Assembly (NCBI GenBank): GCA_965218585.1
Contig: CBDCLE010000002.1
Coordinates: 192,001 to 256,000, forward strand
Length of the DNA: 64,000 nucleotides
From: Terriglobia bacterium
GTDB taxonomy: Bacteria > Acidobacteriota > Terriglobia > 20CM-2-55-15
Direction: 5' to 3'
Part shown: one piece after another, positions 1 through 8,891 of the stretch
Layout of the letters: each line of letters begins with the position of its first letter
Position numbering within the stretch: the first letter of the stretch is position 1
Program-made: the position numbers and the translations under genes
The notes under the pieces: generated by a model
The model's database searches: none
What the model was told of the DNA's origin: nothing
The model's input: the letters and a program-made list of their open reading frames with translations, nothing else

Positions 1-117
1 TAACACAAGAAAACGGACGGACGGCCACGCCAGGCTTGGGAAGATCTCTATGTGGATTCCGCCGGCTAAGTCGGGAAGGAAGAGTCACGACGTAGGGAAA
101 TGTCCTCGTCTCTTATC

Positions 118-3051
118 TCAGAACGTGAACTTGAGTCCGAACTGAGCCTGGAAGGGTCGTAACACTGAGCGGGCCTGCCCAAAGGACGACGACGACTCGT
201 TCCCCTGGAAACGGAGCAGGTTGGCGGTGTTGAAGACATTGAACATCTCCCACAACACTTCAACGTTCTTGGTTTCGTCTATGAAGAACCTCTTGCTCAA
301 TCTCAGATCCGTGTTGAAGAAATTATCGCCCCTCTCGGAATGGACACCCACCCCGGGGGAACGATCGTTTCGGAACCCGTCGCCGTTGTTGTCCCGGCCC
401 GTCGTCTTATCGTAGGGTGGGGCGCTGTTGGCCGTAACAATCGTGCTCACGTTTATGTCGAAAGGCGCCTGATATATCAGGTTAGCCGTGAGCCGGTGGC
501 GGACATCGTTCTCTGCCGGGCCGAAGTGTACGTCTCCAAACTTGTCGTTCGGGTCGGATGGCGCGACACCGATGATTACCGGAAACCCTCCCCGGTTGAA
601 CTCCTTCGCGCTACCCAACGTGTAACCGAGGAGAAAACCGAAACGGTTTGAAAACGATCGGTCCAGCCTGAGAGAAAGCGAGTTCACATGGATCCGTCCG
701 CTCTGGTCGTGACCCAGCCTCATACCAAAGTCGCAGAGAGAGTCTGTTATTCCGTTGGCGATGAGATCGGCATCGAATGGACAAATTCCATTGGGCAGGG
801 GCGCGTTGACGTTCCGGCTCATCAAAAAGTTCAGCCCCAATATATGCGTAAAGTCGGCCGAAAAGGCCGTGTTGGGCGAGACCTCGTATTGGAAACCCGC
901 ACTCGTGTGCTGTGTGTAGGGTGTGTTGCCGCTTGGAGAGGGCACGGTCGTCGAACCGGCCGGGAGGGCATCGCCTGCCGGGGCGTTCGGGAAGAAACTC
1001 TGGACGACTAGCGGGTCCCGTTCTCTGACGGTCTGAATATTGAGACCGTTGTAGCCATTGACGATACTCCGATGGGTCAGCGTCGGGACTCGGTCGTGGT
1101 AAATTCCGTAGCTGCCACGAATCACTGCCTGTCCGGTTCCAAGAACGTCCCAGGCAAAGCCCACCCTCGGAGACACATCCATTGTGTCGGTCGGGGTTGG
1201 ACGCCACGGCTGGAGGCCCAAAGTTCCCGCTGCTCCCAGAGCTACGTTCAACCAGACGTCTTCAGGCCTGTCGCGGGAAAAGCCCGGCTGTTCGAAGGGA
1301 TCGGGACCGCCAAGATCTCCTTCGAGAACACGCAGGTCGTACCGCATCCCCAGGTTGAGGGTCAGGGTCGGAGTCACGCGCCAGGTGTCGTTAACGAAAA
1401 GACCGTACATATCCATGTCACGATCCACCTGGGTAAGCGTAGGGTCTCGGGAATCTCCCCGGGCGAACTGCAGGTTGAAACCGGCCTCGTATTCGACGGG
1501 CAGAAACGGGGCCTCGTCGGTTTCGAAAACAAAGGAACCGTTGAAGTCTTCGTTGGTATCGTTGGTGGCCACCACGTCGTTCATCTCCCCGCCCCACTTC
1601 AGCGTGTGGTTACCCCACTGGTAGGTCGTCGTATTGGTGATGATCCAGTTCTTCTGGTTGCGTCCTTGCGGCACTGCGCTGCCATCCAGACCGATGTTGA
1701 CCGAGGGAAAGATCAAACCAGGGAGGAATTTGGAGGCTTCCCGAATGCTGCGGAAGAGCCGTTGGCTTGAACGATTGATGCGAAATTCGTTAACCGTGTT
1801 TGCGCCTATCAGCGAGGTCCAATTCGCGGTCGCGAAGTAAGAGTTGTTGAGATCGTCGAAACCGCGGTCGGCGGCGTCTTCTCCCCCGATGTCCTTGTTT
1901 ATGTCGTTGTCGTCGTCATAGAGATAGGTGAGATGCAGCGTGTTTCGCTCGTCCAGATTGAACGTGAACTTGCCGATCGCGTTGAACTGTTCCCTGTCCT
2001 GCGAGACCACGCTACGTGTGTCGTAGCCGAGGTTGAGGGAGTCCACGAACGTCTTGACCGTATCTGGGATCGTGATTACGGAGCTCTCCTTATTCGTCTT
2101 GCGTTCGAAGGAAAGGAAATAGAATGCCCTGTCGCGCGCGATCGGCCCACCGATCGTTCCGCCATACTGCTTGGTCTTGAACTCGGGAACGTCTCCATCC
2201 TGGAACGGAACGCCGCCCCTCAGTCGAAACGCCGGCTTGTCGAAGGCGTCGTCACGGATGAAGTAGAAGGCGCTTCCGTGGATTTCGTTACCTCCCGATT
2301 TCAGGACAACGTTGATCGCTCCGCTGCCGCTGCGGCCGAACTCCGGCGAATAACCGGTGGACATCACCTGAAACTCCTGAATCGCTTCCTGCCCCAGGCG
2401 GGTTCGGGTCGCCCCGGATATATTCGTGCCACCACCAACCACTTCGTCATTGAAGTCGACTCCGTCAAGCCAGATGGCCTTGTGCGGTTCATCCATGCCG
2501 AAGAAGCTGATGGAATCGGTGGCACCCGACCGAACGGAACTCTGATCGAGTACGACCCCTGGGGCCAGCAACGCGAGATCCATAAAATCGCGAGCCTTCA
2601 GGGGCAGTTCCTCGACCCGAAAGTTGTCGACGACGGTTCCGACACTGTGTTCGGTCGTCCGGACAAGAGGGGCATCACCGGTAACCGTGATGGATTCGGT
2701 CACCTGGCCGACTTCCATCGTGAAATCGATCTTGATCTCACCCTGGATTGGAAGAGTCACGCCGGAACGTGTGGCCGAACGGAAGCCCTCCAGTTGGACC
2801 GCGACCTCGTATCCTGCTGGCTGCAATCCTGTTGCTCTATAGGCACCGGCCCCGTTAGTAATTACGTCCCTTTGGGCACCGGTCGTCGTGTTCCTTATAC
2901 GAACGGAAACGCCGGGAAGCGCGGCGCCCGTACTATCAACAATGTCACCAATGATGGAGCCGGTTGTCGATTGGGAGTAGCCAGTAGCTGTTAAACCGCC
3001 TGTGAAACCAAGGCTGAGTACAACCGTCAGAATTCCTTCAACAAGCCGCAT
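118..3051 (-). CDS. TonB-dependent receptor (Oar-like, N-terminal carboxypeptidase-regulatory-like domain)
   Basis: 977 aa; signal peptide, 'GSIIGDIVDSTGAALPGVSV' CarboxypepD_reg-like domain, plug motif 'EAIQEFQV...YSPEFGRSGSGAINVVLKSG', C-terminal 'QFGLKFTF' barrel signature. Confidence 0.92.
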   Translation of the reverse strand: MRLVEGILTVVLSLGFTGGLTATGYSQSTTGSIIGDIVDSTGAALPGVSVRIRNTTTGAQRDVITNGAGAYRATGLQPAGYEVAVQLEGFRSATRSGVTLPIQGEIKIDFTMEVGQVTESITVTGDAPLVRTTEHSVGTVVDNFRVEELPLKARDFMDLALLAPGVVLDQSSVRSGATDSISFFGMDEPHKAIWLDGVDFNDEVVGGGTNISGATRTRLGQEAIQEFQVMSTGYSPEFGRSGSGAINVVLKSGGNEIHGSAFYFIRDDAFDKPAFRLRGGVPFQDGDVPEFKTKQYGGTIGGPIARDRAFYFLSFERKTNKESSVITIPDTVKTFVDSLNLGYDTRSVVSQDREQFNAIGKFTFNLDERNTLHLTYLYDDDNDINKDIGGEDAADRGFDDLNNSYFATANWTSLIGANTVNEFRINRSSQRLFRSIREASKFLPGLIFPSVNIGLDGSAVPQGRNQKNWIITNTTTYQWGNHTLKWGGEMNDVVATNDTNEDFNGSFVFETDEAPFLPVEYEAGFNLQFARGDSRDPTLTQVDRDMDMYGLFVNDTWRVTPTLTLNLGMRYDLRVLEGDLGGPDPFEQPGFSRDRPEDVWLNVALGAAGTLGLQPWRPTPTDTMDVSPRVGFAWDVLGTGQAVIRGSYGIYHDRVPTLTHRSIVNGYNGLNIQTVRERDPLVVQSFFPNAPAGDALPAGSTTVPSPSGNTPYTQHTSAGFQYEVSPNTAFSADFTHILGLNFLMSRNVNAPLPNGICPFDADLIANGITDSLCDFGMRLGHDQSGRIHVNSLSLRLDRSFSNRFGFLLGYTLGSAKEFNRGGFPVIIGVAPSDPNDKFGDVHFGPAENDVRHRLTANLIYQAPFDINVSTIVTANSAPPYDKTTGRDNNGDGFRNDRSPGVGVHSERGDNFFNTDLRLSKRFFIDETKNVEVLWEMFNVFNTANLLRFQGNESSSSFGQARSVLRPFQAQFGLKFTF

Positions 3052-3259
3052 CTTGTAGTCCCCTTACGAAAGCAAATGTCCGAGAGTGAATCCGGGCTAT
3101 GAATATGCGGATAAATATATCATGGGATGTCTTTTAGCGAAGGAGGCGCGCTTCCGGCCCAGCGGTGGAGTTGGGGGACTTGAAAAGAACGGACGCACTG
3201 GCTCTGACTCAGCCTTAACCGCTAGAAACGGCAAAGCCAAAGCGTCCATCCGTCGAAAG

Positions 3260-3538
3260 CTAGTGACCTGTGCCACCCATATTGGGACCAGCGTTGCGGC
3301 CAAACGGCGCCGGATTCTAGGAGCCGATGAGGAGGGAATGCTCCTCATTCCGACAAGTCGGCGACAACGAAGACGGCGCCGTTTCGCCGCCACCCTCCGG
3401 GCCGATGGGGGTTGCGGGCGATATCTTTGTTGCGAGCCGTCGTCGATGCAAAAACATCGCCTTCCGTCTCCCGCCGCGATCTCACCCGCAAAACCCATCG
3501 GCGCTGGTCCCAATATGGGTGGTAGTACAGGCCACTAG
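3260..3538. mobile_element. MITE-like structured non-coding element, copy 1 (CTAG-bounded, ~34-37 bp terminal inverted repeats)
   Basis: Left CTAGTGACCTGTGCCACCCATATTGGGACCAGCG (3260-3293) pairs with right CGCTGGTCCCAATATGGGTGGTAGTACAGGCCACTAG (3502-3538); homologous copy at 49919-50182. Confidence 0.8.
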
Positions 3539-4062
3539 TTCCCGATCTCGACTTCCTCCCCGTTGCTCAAGCTCGCAACGTAGGCGGCCAGATCACTGGA
3601 ATCTTCACTAGCAAGATCCAACGGCTGCCCCATCATGAACATCTGGAGGCAGTTGTTATTCATGACTGACAGCGTGATGACGGAGTCGTTGGGAACCTTG
3701 TACTTGGGGTACGTCGCACCAGCCCCAACAAGCGTCGGGATCGGCATCGCCGGCCGCATGCCGTTGCTCAGCGGCATCGGGATCTGGGTCGTACCACCTG
3801 TTGTCTCACCGCCGGGATGGCAGCTGTTGCAGGAAAAACCGTTACTTCCCAGGTCAGCGTTGTTGAACAGCTCCTGACCATGCTGGACGCCTTCGCGCTG
3901 CTTCGTCATCATGTACTGCATCCGCTCTTCTTCGCTCATGTCCACCATGACTCTCGACATGTTGTCCAACGCCATCTGCATGGCGGGACTCGGCCCCTGG
4001 GCCGTTGCGACCAACGAGACGACTAAGACAAAACCTACCGCAATCAATAAGATCTTTTTCAT
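3535..4062 (-). CDS. Monoheme c-type cytochrome, SoxA/TsdA-heme-domain-like, Met-rich
   Basis: Signal peptide, single CNSCH heme motif, 'YPKYK...VITL...NNNCLQMFMMGQPL...DLAAYVASLS' resembling SoxA/TsdA domains; SD AAGGAG. Confidence 0.8.
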   Translation of the reverse strand: MKKILLIAVGFVLVVSLVATAQGPSPAMQMALDNMSRVMVDMSEEERMQYMMTKQREGVQHGQELFNNADLGSNGFSCNSCHPGGETTGGTTQIPMPLSNGMRPAMPIPTLVGAGATYPKYKVPNDSVITLSVMNNNCLQMFMMGQPLDLASEDSSDLAAYVASLSNGEEVEIGN

Positions 4063-4192
4063 TTAAATGCTCCTTTTGGTTCCGGGACTGGCTCTTCTTG
4101 TTTGTCTGGATGTTCAGGCGCCTGGTCGGGCGGATGTCGAATCAAACGTGAAGCGCATGACAATCAACATACGTTTGCGCGAAGAAGGATTC

Positions 4193-4208
4193 TGTAAGCT
4201 GGCGCACA
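4193..4208. promoter_or_regulatory. Crp/Fnr-family box 1 (TGTAA-GCTGGC-GCACA)
   Basis: Centre 4200.5 lies at -41.5 relative to a minus-strand -10 TATGTT (4171-4166) upstream of the cytochrome gene. Confidence 0.6.
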
Positions 4209-4256
4209 TCGCACGTTGCGAAAACGAACGGAGAGGAAAAATTAAAAACTAAGAAC

Positions 4257-4272
4257 TGTAAGCGGTGTTACA
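4257..4272. promoter_or_regulatory. Crp/Fnr-family box 2 (perfect TGTAA-GCGGTG-TTACA)
   Basis: Perfect 5-6-5 palindrome between the crp-like gene and the cytochrome gene. Confidence 0.65.
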
Positions 4273-4279
4273 CCGGGGA

Positions 4280-5029
4280 CTAGATAGCGGCTTTTCGCTG
4301 GAGTCCCGTGATATTGTCGATCTGAACACGCTTGCGGCCGATCGATACCAGGCCCTCTCTTTTCAGGCGATTCAACGCAGTCGTAACGGTCTCTCTATAG
4401 ACCCCAAGATGGTCGGCCAGTTCTTCGTGAGTTGTGGCTATGGTGTCTGTACCGTTCTCGGACCTTAATCTCAAAAGGAGGGCGGCCAACTGGTTGGGAA
4501 CTTCGTGGAAGAGAGTCTGTTCGAGCCTTTCCTCAGATTCACGCAACCTTCCACCCATCGTTTCGAGCAAACGCACAGCAATTTTGGGCTTGGAAAGGAT
4601 GAGCTTTTCCACATCCTGCCGGTTCATGACGCATATGAGCGAGTCTTCGAGAGCCTCGGCAAAGGCGTCGTAGAGCCCTGTTCCGACAAGGCTCATCTCG
4701 CCGAAGATCGTCCCTGGACCCAGGGTTTCGATAACGAGTTTCCTGCCTTCAGAGGACATCCTGTAGATCTGGACCTTGCCTTTCTTCAGGATAAAAATCA
4801 CATCGCCATACTGGTTCGGCGAATAGAATATTTTTCCAGCCTGACAGGTTGTCATCGCTGTAGACTCTGCGATCTCCTTCATCTCGTCAGAGCTGAGATC
4901 CCGGAATATGTCCACTGTGGCGAGGTAACCGATTTTAGTTTCTGGCTGCGAACTGTTGGTTCGCAGCAGAGAAAGCATCTTCTGAGATAGTTTCAATGTC
5001 CTAACCCCGAATCCATGCGATGGCCACAA
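4280..5029 (-). CDS. Crp/Fnr family transcriptional regulator (start uncertain, may be downstream)
   Basis: cNMP-binding beta-roll 'LGPGTIFGEMSL' and HTH 'THEELADHLGVYRETVTTALNRLKREGLV'. Confidence 0.92.
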   Translation of the reverse strand: MWPSHGFGVRTLKLSQKMLSLLRTNSSQPETKIGYLATVDIFRDLSSDEMKEIAESTAMTTCQAGKIFYSPNQYGDVIFILKKGKVQIYRMSSEGRKLVIETLGPGTIFGEMSLVGTGLYDAFAEALEDSLICVMNRQDVEKLILSKPKIAVRLLETMGGRLRESEERLEQTLFHEVPNQLAALLLRLRSENGTDTIATTHEELADHLGVYRETVTTALNRLKREGLVSIGRKRVQIDNITGLQRKAAI

Positions 5030-5054
5030 ACTGGATCGGCAAAAAGGATCCTGT

Positions 5055-5097
5055 TGTAGGTCGCATTACGTATTTGGTATTCAATCTGCGGTAGCCT
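5055..5097 (+). promoter_or_regulatory. Crp/Fnr-family box 3 (TGTAG-GTCGCA-TTACG) plus -10 TAGCCT
   Basis: Box 5055-5070 centred at about -41.5 from a start near 5104-5105; -10 at 5092-5097; ATG at 5105 (leaderless geometry). Confidence 0.55.
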
Positions 5098-5104
5098 GAT
5101 CAAC

Positions 5105-5353
5105 ATGCAAGGGAGACGGCTCGTTGTTTTTGTCAGCGATCACTGCCGAACATGCCCCGATGCTGTGGACACCGCCAAGAGACTAGATGAGCGATATCCC
5201 GAACTGGAAGTCGAACTCTTCAACATCGACGACCGGAAACCACGGGACGAAGTGTTCGCTGTTCCAACCTACATGTTGGACGATGAGATCATCTTCCTTG
5301 GAAATCCAACAGACAAGCAGATCCACGAATTATTGGAACCTGCATCGAAGTAG
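5105..5353 (+). CDS. Small thioredoxin/glutaredoxin-like protein
   Basis: 82 aa, CRTC (CxxC) motif, cis-Pro 'VFAVPTY', 'FLGNP'. Confidence 0.8.
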   Translation: MQGRRLVVFVSDHCRTCPDAVDTAKRLDERYPELEVELFNIDDRKPRDEVFAVPTYMLDDEIIFLGNPTDKQIHELLEPASK

Positions 5354-5359
5354 TCACCT

Positions 5360-6067
5360 TCACAAGAGATCCTCAATCACGCCCCGTAACTCCTCTTCGT
5401 CCGCAATCCCGACGTGCTTATAAGCGACTTTTCCGTTTCGATCCAGAATGAAGGTCGTGGGAATGCCATAGATGCCGCCCGCTTCAGTCTCGATCTCAAA
5501 GTCACTCATCACGATCGGATAGTTGACGCCGAGATCGTCCAGAGTCTCCACGATGGCGGCCGTGTTTTCGGGGTCTTCCGTAATGCCGATGACCGCAAAC
5601 TGTTCGGCGTCATATAGATCCACCATTTCAACAAACCAGGGCATCTCCTCGCGGCAAGGCGCGCACCATGAAGCCCAGAAGTTGATTACGGAAACCTTCC
5701 CAGAAAGATCGGATGAAGAAATGGTCTCGCCAGCAAGAGTGCTCAATTCGAACTCGGGGAAGACCTCGTCATAGCCGGGTGCCTCTTCAATCTCATCGAT
5801 CACAGCCCCATCGGCGTCGACGACAAGGTGAAACCGAACCTCCTTACCTCTCTCGATACCATCGAGGAGAGAGGGGTCGGCAACGGAAAAGGGCATCGTC
5901 ATCGATTGCATGTATCCGGGGATGGTGTCGTGAAGCAAGGTCACGCTTTGTCGGTCCGGGGAGACTTCTGAAACGACGCCTAACACATCGTAATCTCTCG
6001 GGATCACAGGCTCCGCAGCGCAACCGGCCAGCGCAACAAGCCCCGCGACTACAGCAAATGTTTTCAT
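5360..6067 (-). CDS. Lipoprotein: CusF-like copper-binding domain fused to TlpA-type thioredoxin
   Basis: Lipobox 'LAGC'; 'HDTIPGYMQSMTMPF' CusF-like motif; 'NFWASWCAPCREE' TlpA motif. Confidence 0.85.
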   Translation of the reverse strand: MKTFAVVAGLVALAGCAAEPVIPRDYDVLGVVSEVSPDRQSVTLLHDTIPGYMQSMTMPFSVADPSLLDGIERGKEVRFHLVVDADGAVIDEIEEAPGYDEVFPEFELSTLAGETISSSDLSGKVSVINFWASWCAPCREEMPWFVEMVDLYDAEQFAVIGITEDPENTAAIVETLDDLGVNYPIVMSDFEIETEAGGIYGIPTTFILDRNGKVAYKHVGIADEEELRGVIEDLL

Positions 6068-6115
6068 GACCTTCTACTCACAAAAATCATTCGAACCGAA
6101 CCACTCACAACGGAA

Positions 6116-6131
6116 TGTAATCCAGACCACA
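6116..6131. promoter_or_regulatory. Crp/Fnr-family box 4 (TGTAA-TCCAGA-CCACA)
   Basis: Matches boxes 1-3; ~50 bp upstream of the CusF-TlpA start. Confidence 0.5.
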
Positions 6132-6252
6132 TAATTTCTTCACCGGCCAGTATTTGAGACGGGTCCTATCCAAAATTGTTTACCTATTTTTTACGGAAGG
6201 CTAGAGAAAAACGGGGCAGGTGCCTTAAAGGCGAAAACACGAAGAGTCTTTC

Positions 6253-6330
6253 ACCGCAAAGAAGCGAAGGCGCAAAGAAATCTTTTTCGGAACCGGGCAA
6301 AGACCCTTTGCGTCTTCGCGCCTTTGCGGT
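6253..6330. repeat. GCAAAG/GCAGAG-unit inverted repeat, copy 1
   Basis: ACCGCAAAGAAGCGAAGGCGCAAAG ... CTTTGCGTCTTCGCGCCTTTGCGGT just downstream of thrS. Confidence 0.75.
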
Positions 6331-6339
6331 TAATCCCTC

Positions 6340-8130
6340 TTATGTTCGATCTGCTATGGCACCCTTTGCCAGGGCGAGGAATTCGTCAATCGGTTTGGCC
6401 TTGAGGTCTTCTCCGGATCTCAGTCGAACCGCCACAGCGCCCGCCTCCACTTCCTTATCTCCCGCAACAAGCATGTAGGGGATCTTCTGCAACTGAGCCT
6501 TACGGATCTTGGCGTTCATGCGATCACGACCATCGTCGATGTCGACGCGAAGCCCCTCGGCTTTCAGCTTCTCGACCAACCCACGGCAGTATTCTACATG
6601 CCGGTCGGCGATCGGAATCAGAACAGCCTGAACCGGCGCCAGCCAGACCGGGAACGCGCCGCTGTGGTGTTCGATCAGGATTCCAAAGAAACGCTCCATA
6701 CTTCCCAACAGGGCTCTGTGAATCATGTACGGGCGGTGGGGGGCTCCGTCTTCACCCACGTAGTTCAGATCGAAGCGTTCCGGAAGATTGAAGTCGAACT
6801 GAATCGTACTCAACTGCCATTGCCGGCCGATAGCATCGTCGACGTAGATGTCGATCTTGGGCCCGTAGAACGCGCCGTCGGCTTCGTTAATTTCAAACGG
6901 CAGGCCCGAACGCTTCAACGACTCTTCCAGCGCCGCTTCGGCCTCGTCCCAGTTGGATTCCGCTCCGACCCGCTTTTCGGGACGCGTGCTCAGAAACAGC
7001 GTGAACTCTTCAAACCCAAACGCGCGCAAAATGTCCAGGCTGAAGTTCAGGACCTTGTCGATCTCGGCGGGCATCTGATCCGGGCGACAGAAAAGATGCG
7101 CATCGTCCTGGGTGAATCCCCGCACGCGGGTCAACCCGTGCAAGACTCCACTTCTCTCATAGCGATACACCGTGCCCCACTCGGCAAGCCGAATAGGCAA
7201 ATCCCGGTAAGAGCGAACGCCGCTCTTGAATATGTCTACGTGGAACGGACAGTTCATCGGCTTCAGGTAGAACTCCTGCTCATCGATTGTCACCGGCGCG
7301 TACATGCCGTCGGCGTAGAAGTCGAGGTGGCCACTGGTCTCCCACAGCGACGCCCGCCCTATGTGCGGTGTGTAGACGAAATCATAACCACCCTTCAGGT
7401 GTTCTGCCTTGCAGTATTCCTCGACCAGATAGCGGACCAGTCCTCCCTTGGGGTGCCACAGAACAAGGCCGCCGCCGATCGTGTCGGGGTTGATGCTGAA
7501 CAGATCCAGATCCACGCCCAGGCGGCGATGGTCTCTCTTCTTGGCTTCTTCGAGTCGGACGAAATACGCCTTCAGTTCCTTCTTGTTGTCGAAAGCGACT
7601 CCGTAGACGCGCTGCATCTGGTCCCGCGACTGGTCTCCACGCCAGTACGCGCCCGAAACGCGGGTCAGCTTGAACCCATCCGGACGAACCGAGCCGGTAT
7701 TCTCGATGTGAGGGCCGCGGCAAAGATCGACGAAATCTCCGGTCTTATAGACAGTGACGGTGTCGACGTCACTACCGACGAGGTTTTCGTCCTCCAGATC
7801 CTTGACGGCCGTCGTCCCACGGCTCTTCAGATCATTCAGCAGTTCGACTTTGAAACTCTGCCCCATCCTGTCGAAGCGCGCTATGGCCTCCTCGATCGGC
7901 ATCTCCGACCGCTCGAACGTAAGCTTCTCGCTCACTTTCTGCCGAATCTTCTGCTCGATCTTCTCCAGATCATCGGGCGTCAACGGAGTGTCGAGATAAA
8001 CGTCATAGTAGAAACCGTCCTCGATGACGGGACCGACGCCGAACTTCGCTTCGGGATGAAGCTCCTGAATGCTGGCCGCCATCAGGTGGGCCAACGAGTG
8101 CCGTATTGTCTCCAGATCTTCCTTAGCCAT
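6340..8130 (-). CDS. thrS: Threonine--tRNA ligase (short N-terminus, no TGS domain)
   Basis: 'IRHSLAHLMA', 'DLCRGPH', 'KPMNCPFH', 'GAFYGPKID', 'MIHRALLGSMERF'; likely start MAKEDLE at 8130. Confidence 0.97.
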   Translation of the reverse strand: MAKEDLETIRHSLAHLMAASIQELHPEAKFGVGPVIEDGFYYDVYLDTPLTPDDLEKIEQKIRQKVSEKLTFERSEMPIEEAIARFDRMGQSFKVELLNDLKSRGTTAVKDLEDENLVGSDVDTVTVYKTGDFVDLCRGPHIENTGSVRPDGFKLTRVSGAYWRGDQSRDQMQRVYGVAFDNKKELKAYFVRLEEAKKRDHRRLGVDLDLFSINPDTIGGGLVLWHPKGGLVRYLVEEYCKAEHLKGGYDFVYTPHIGRASLWETSGHLDFYADGMYAPVTIDEQEFYLKPMNCPFHVDIFKSGVRSYRDLPIRLAEWGTVYRYERSGVLHGLTRVRGFTQDDAHLFCRPDQMPAEIDKVLNFSLDILRAFGFEEFTLFLSTRPEKRVGAESNWDEAEAALEESLKRSGLPFEINEADGAFYGPKIDIYVDDAIGRQWQLSTIQFDFNLPERFDLNYVGEDGAPHRPYMIHRALLGSMERFFGILIEHHSGAFPVWLAPVQAVLIPIADRHVEYCRGLVEKLKAEGLRVDIDDGRDRMNAKIRKAQLQKIPYMLVAGDKEVEAGAVAVRLRSGEDLKAKPIDEFLALAKGAIADRT

Positions 8131-8232
8131 AACCGTCCATTCTACAAGCGTTCGGTTCGCCCGACCCAAGGAGGGCGACACCTCGCCTATTGTGCCATTA
8201 GATGATGAAAGCCGGTGCGGTGTCTCCAGCTA

Positions 8233-8754
8233 CTAAAACAGAGCAGGTTGGGAAGGCGTGGAACGGCCACGCGAGCGCGTGGCTTGGGTCCTCTTAGATC
8301 TAAACGCGCCCTCGAGCGCGAGGAGTGAAGTCTTTATGTCCAGACCGCCGCCGTAACCGACCAGGCTACCGTCGGCACCGATCACACGATGACAGGGAAC
8401 GATAATCGAGATGGGATTTCTGTTGTTGGCCATCCCCACGGCTCGCGCCGCCTGGGATTTTCCGATCACGCGCGCAATCTCTCCGTAACTGCGCGTTTCG
8501 CCATAAGGGATGTCCTGGAGCGCCCGCCAGACGCTCTGCTGAAAAGGAGTTCCGACCAGATCCAATTCGAGATCAAAATCACGTCTGGCGCCCGAAAAGT
8601 ACTCCTCCAGCTGTGCCACTACAGACGTGTTCGCCCCTCGATCGAGCGTCGCGCCGGAAGGCACCTTCCGCCCAAACGACAGCGAGCGTAGACGTCGATT
8701 GTCTGAAATTATGGTGAGTGGACCGACAGAGGTTTCCATGACGACATATCCCAT
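8233..8754 (-). CDS. ogt: Methylated-DNA--protein-cysteine methyltransferase
   Basis: 'GTPFQQSVW', 'IPYGETRSYGEIA', 'IIVPCHRVIG' active site; likely start MGYVVMET at 8754. Confidence 0.93.
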   Translation of the reverse strand: MGYVVMETSVGPLTIISDNRRLRSLSFGRKVPSGATLDRGANTSVVAQLEEYFSGARRDFDLELDLVGTPFQQSVWRALQDIPYGETRSYGEIARVIGKSQAARAVGMANNRNPISIIVPCHRVIGADGSLVGYGGGLDIKTSLLALEGAFRSKRTQATRSRGRSTPSQPALF

Positions 8755-8856
8755 AGGATCAAGGTATCTCAATGAAAGCGGTAGGACAAGCCCATTGAGC
8801 AGGAGAAACGGAATAGGCGGCATGATATATTTATCGCCATCCTCGGGCCCCTTGGA

Positions 8857-8885
8857 TTGCAATGATCCCGTTGTTTTGTTATATT
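8857..8885 (+). promoter_or_regulatory. Sigma70 promoter of the infC operon
   Basis: TTGCAA-17 nt-TATATT with an extended -10 TG. Confidence 0.65.
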
Positions 8886-8891
8886 TAGCGA

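Noticed and set aside
3260-3538. Riboswitch (e.g. cobalamin) controlling the TonB receptor
   Set aside because: No recognisable aptamer motifs; it has terminal inverted repeats and a second copy downstream of purH.
3086-3611. ORFs of 94-150 aa across the element (and similar ORFs at 49922-50358)
   Set aside because: Arg-rich, overlapping on both strands, with frames not conserved between the two copies.
6598-8205. Long antisense ORFs (535 aa opposite thrS; also 1933-2994, 36855-37904, 60567-61892)
   Set aside because: Shadow ORFs typical of GC-rich coding DNA, opposite well-conserved genes.
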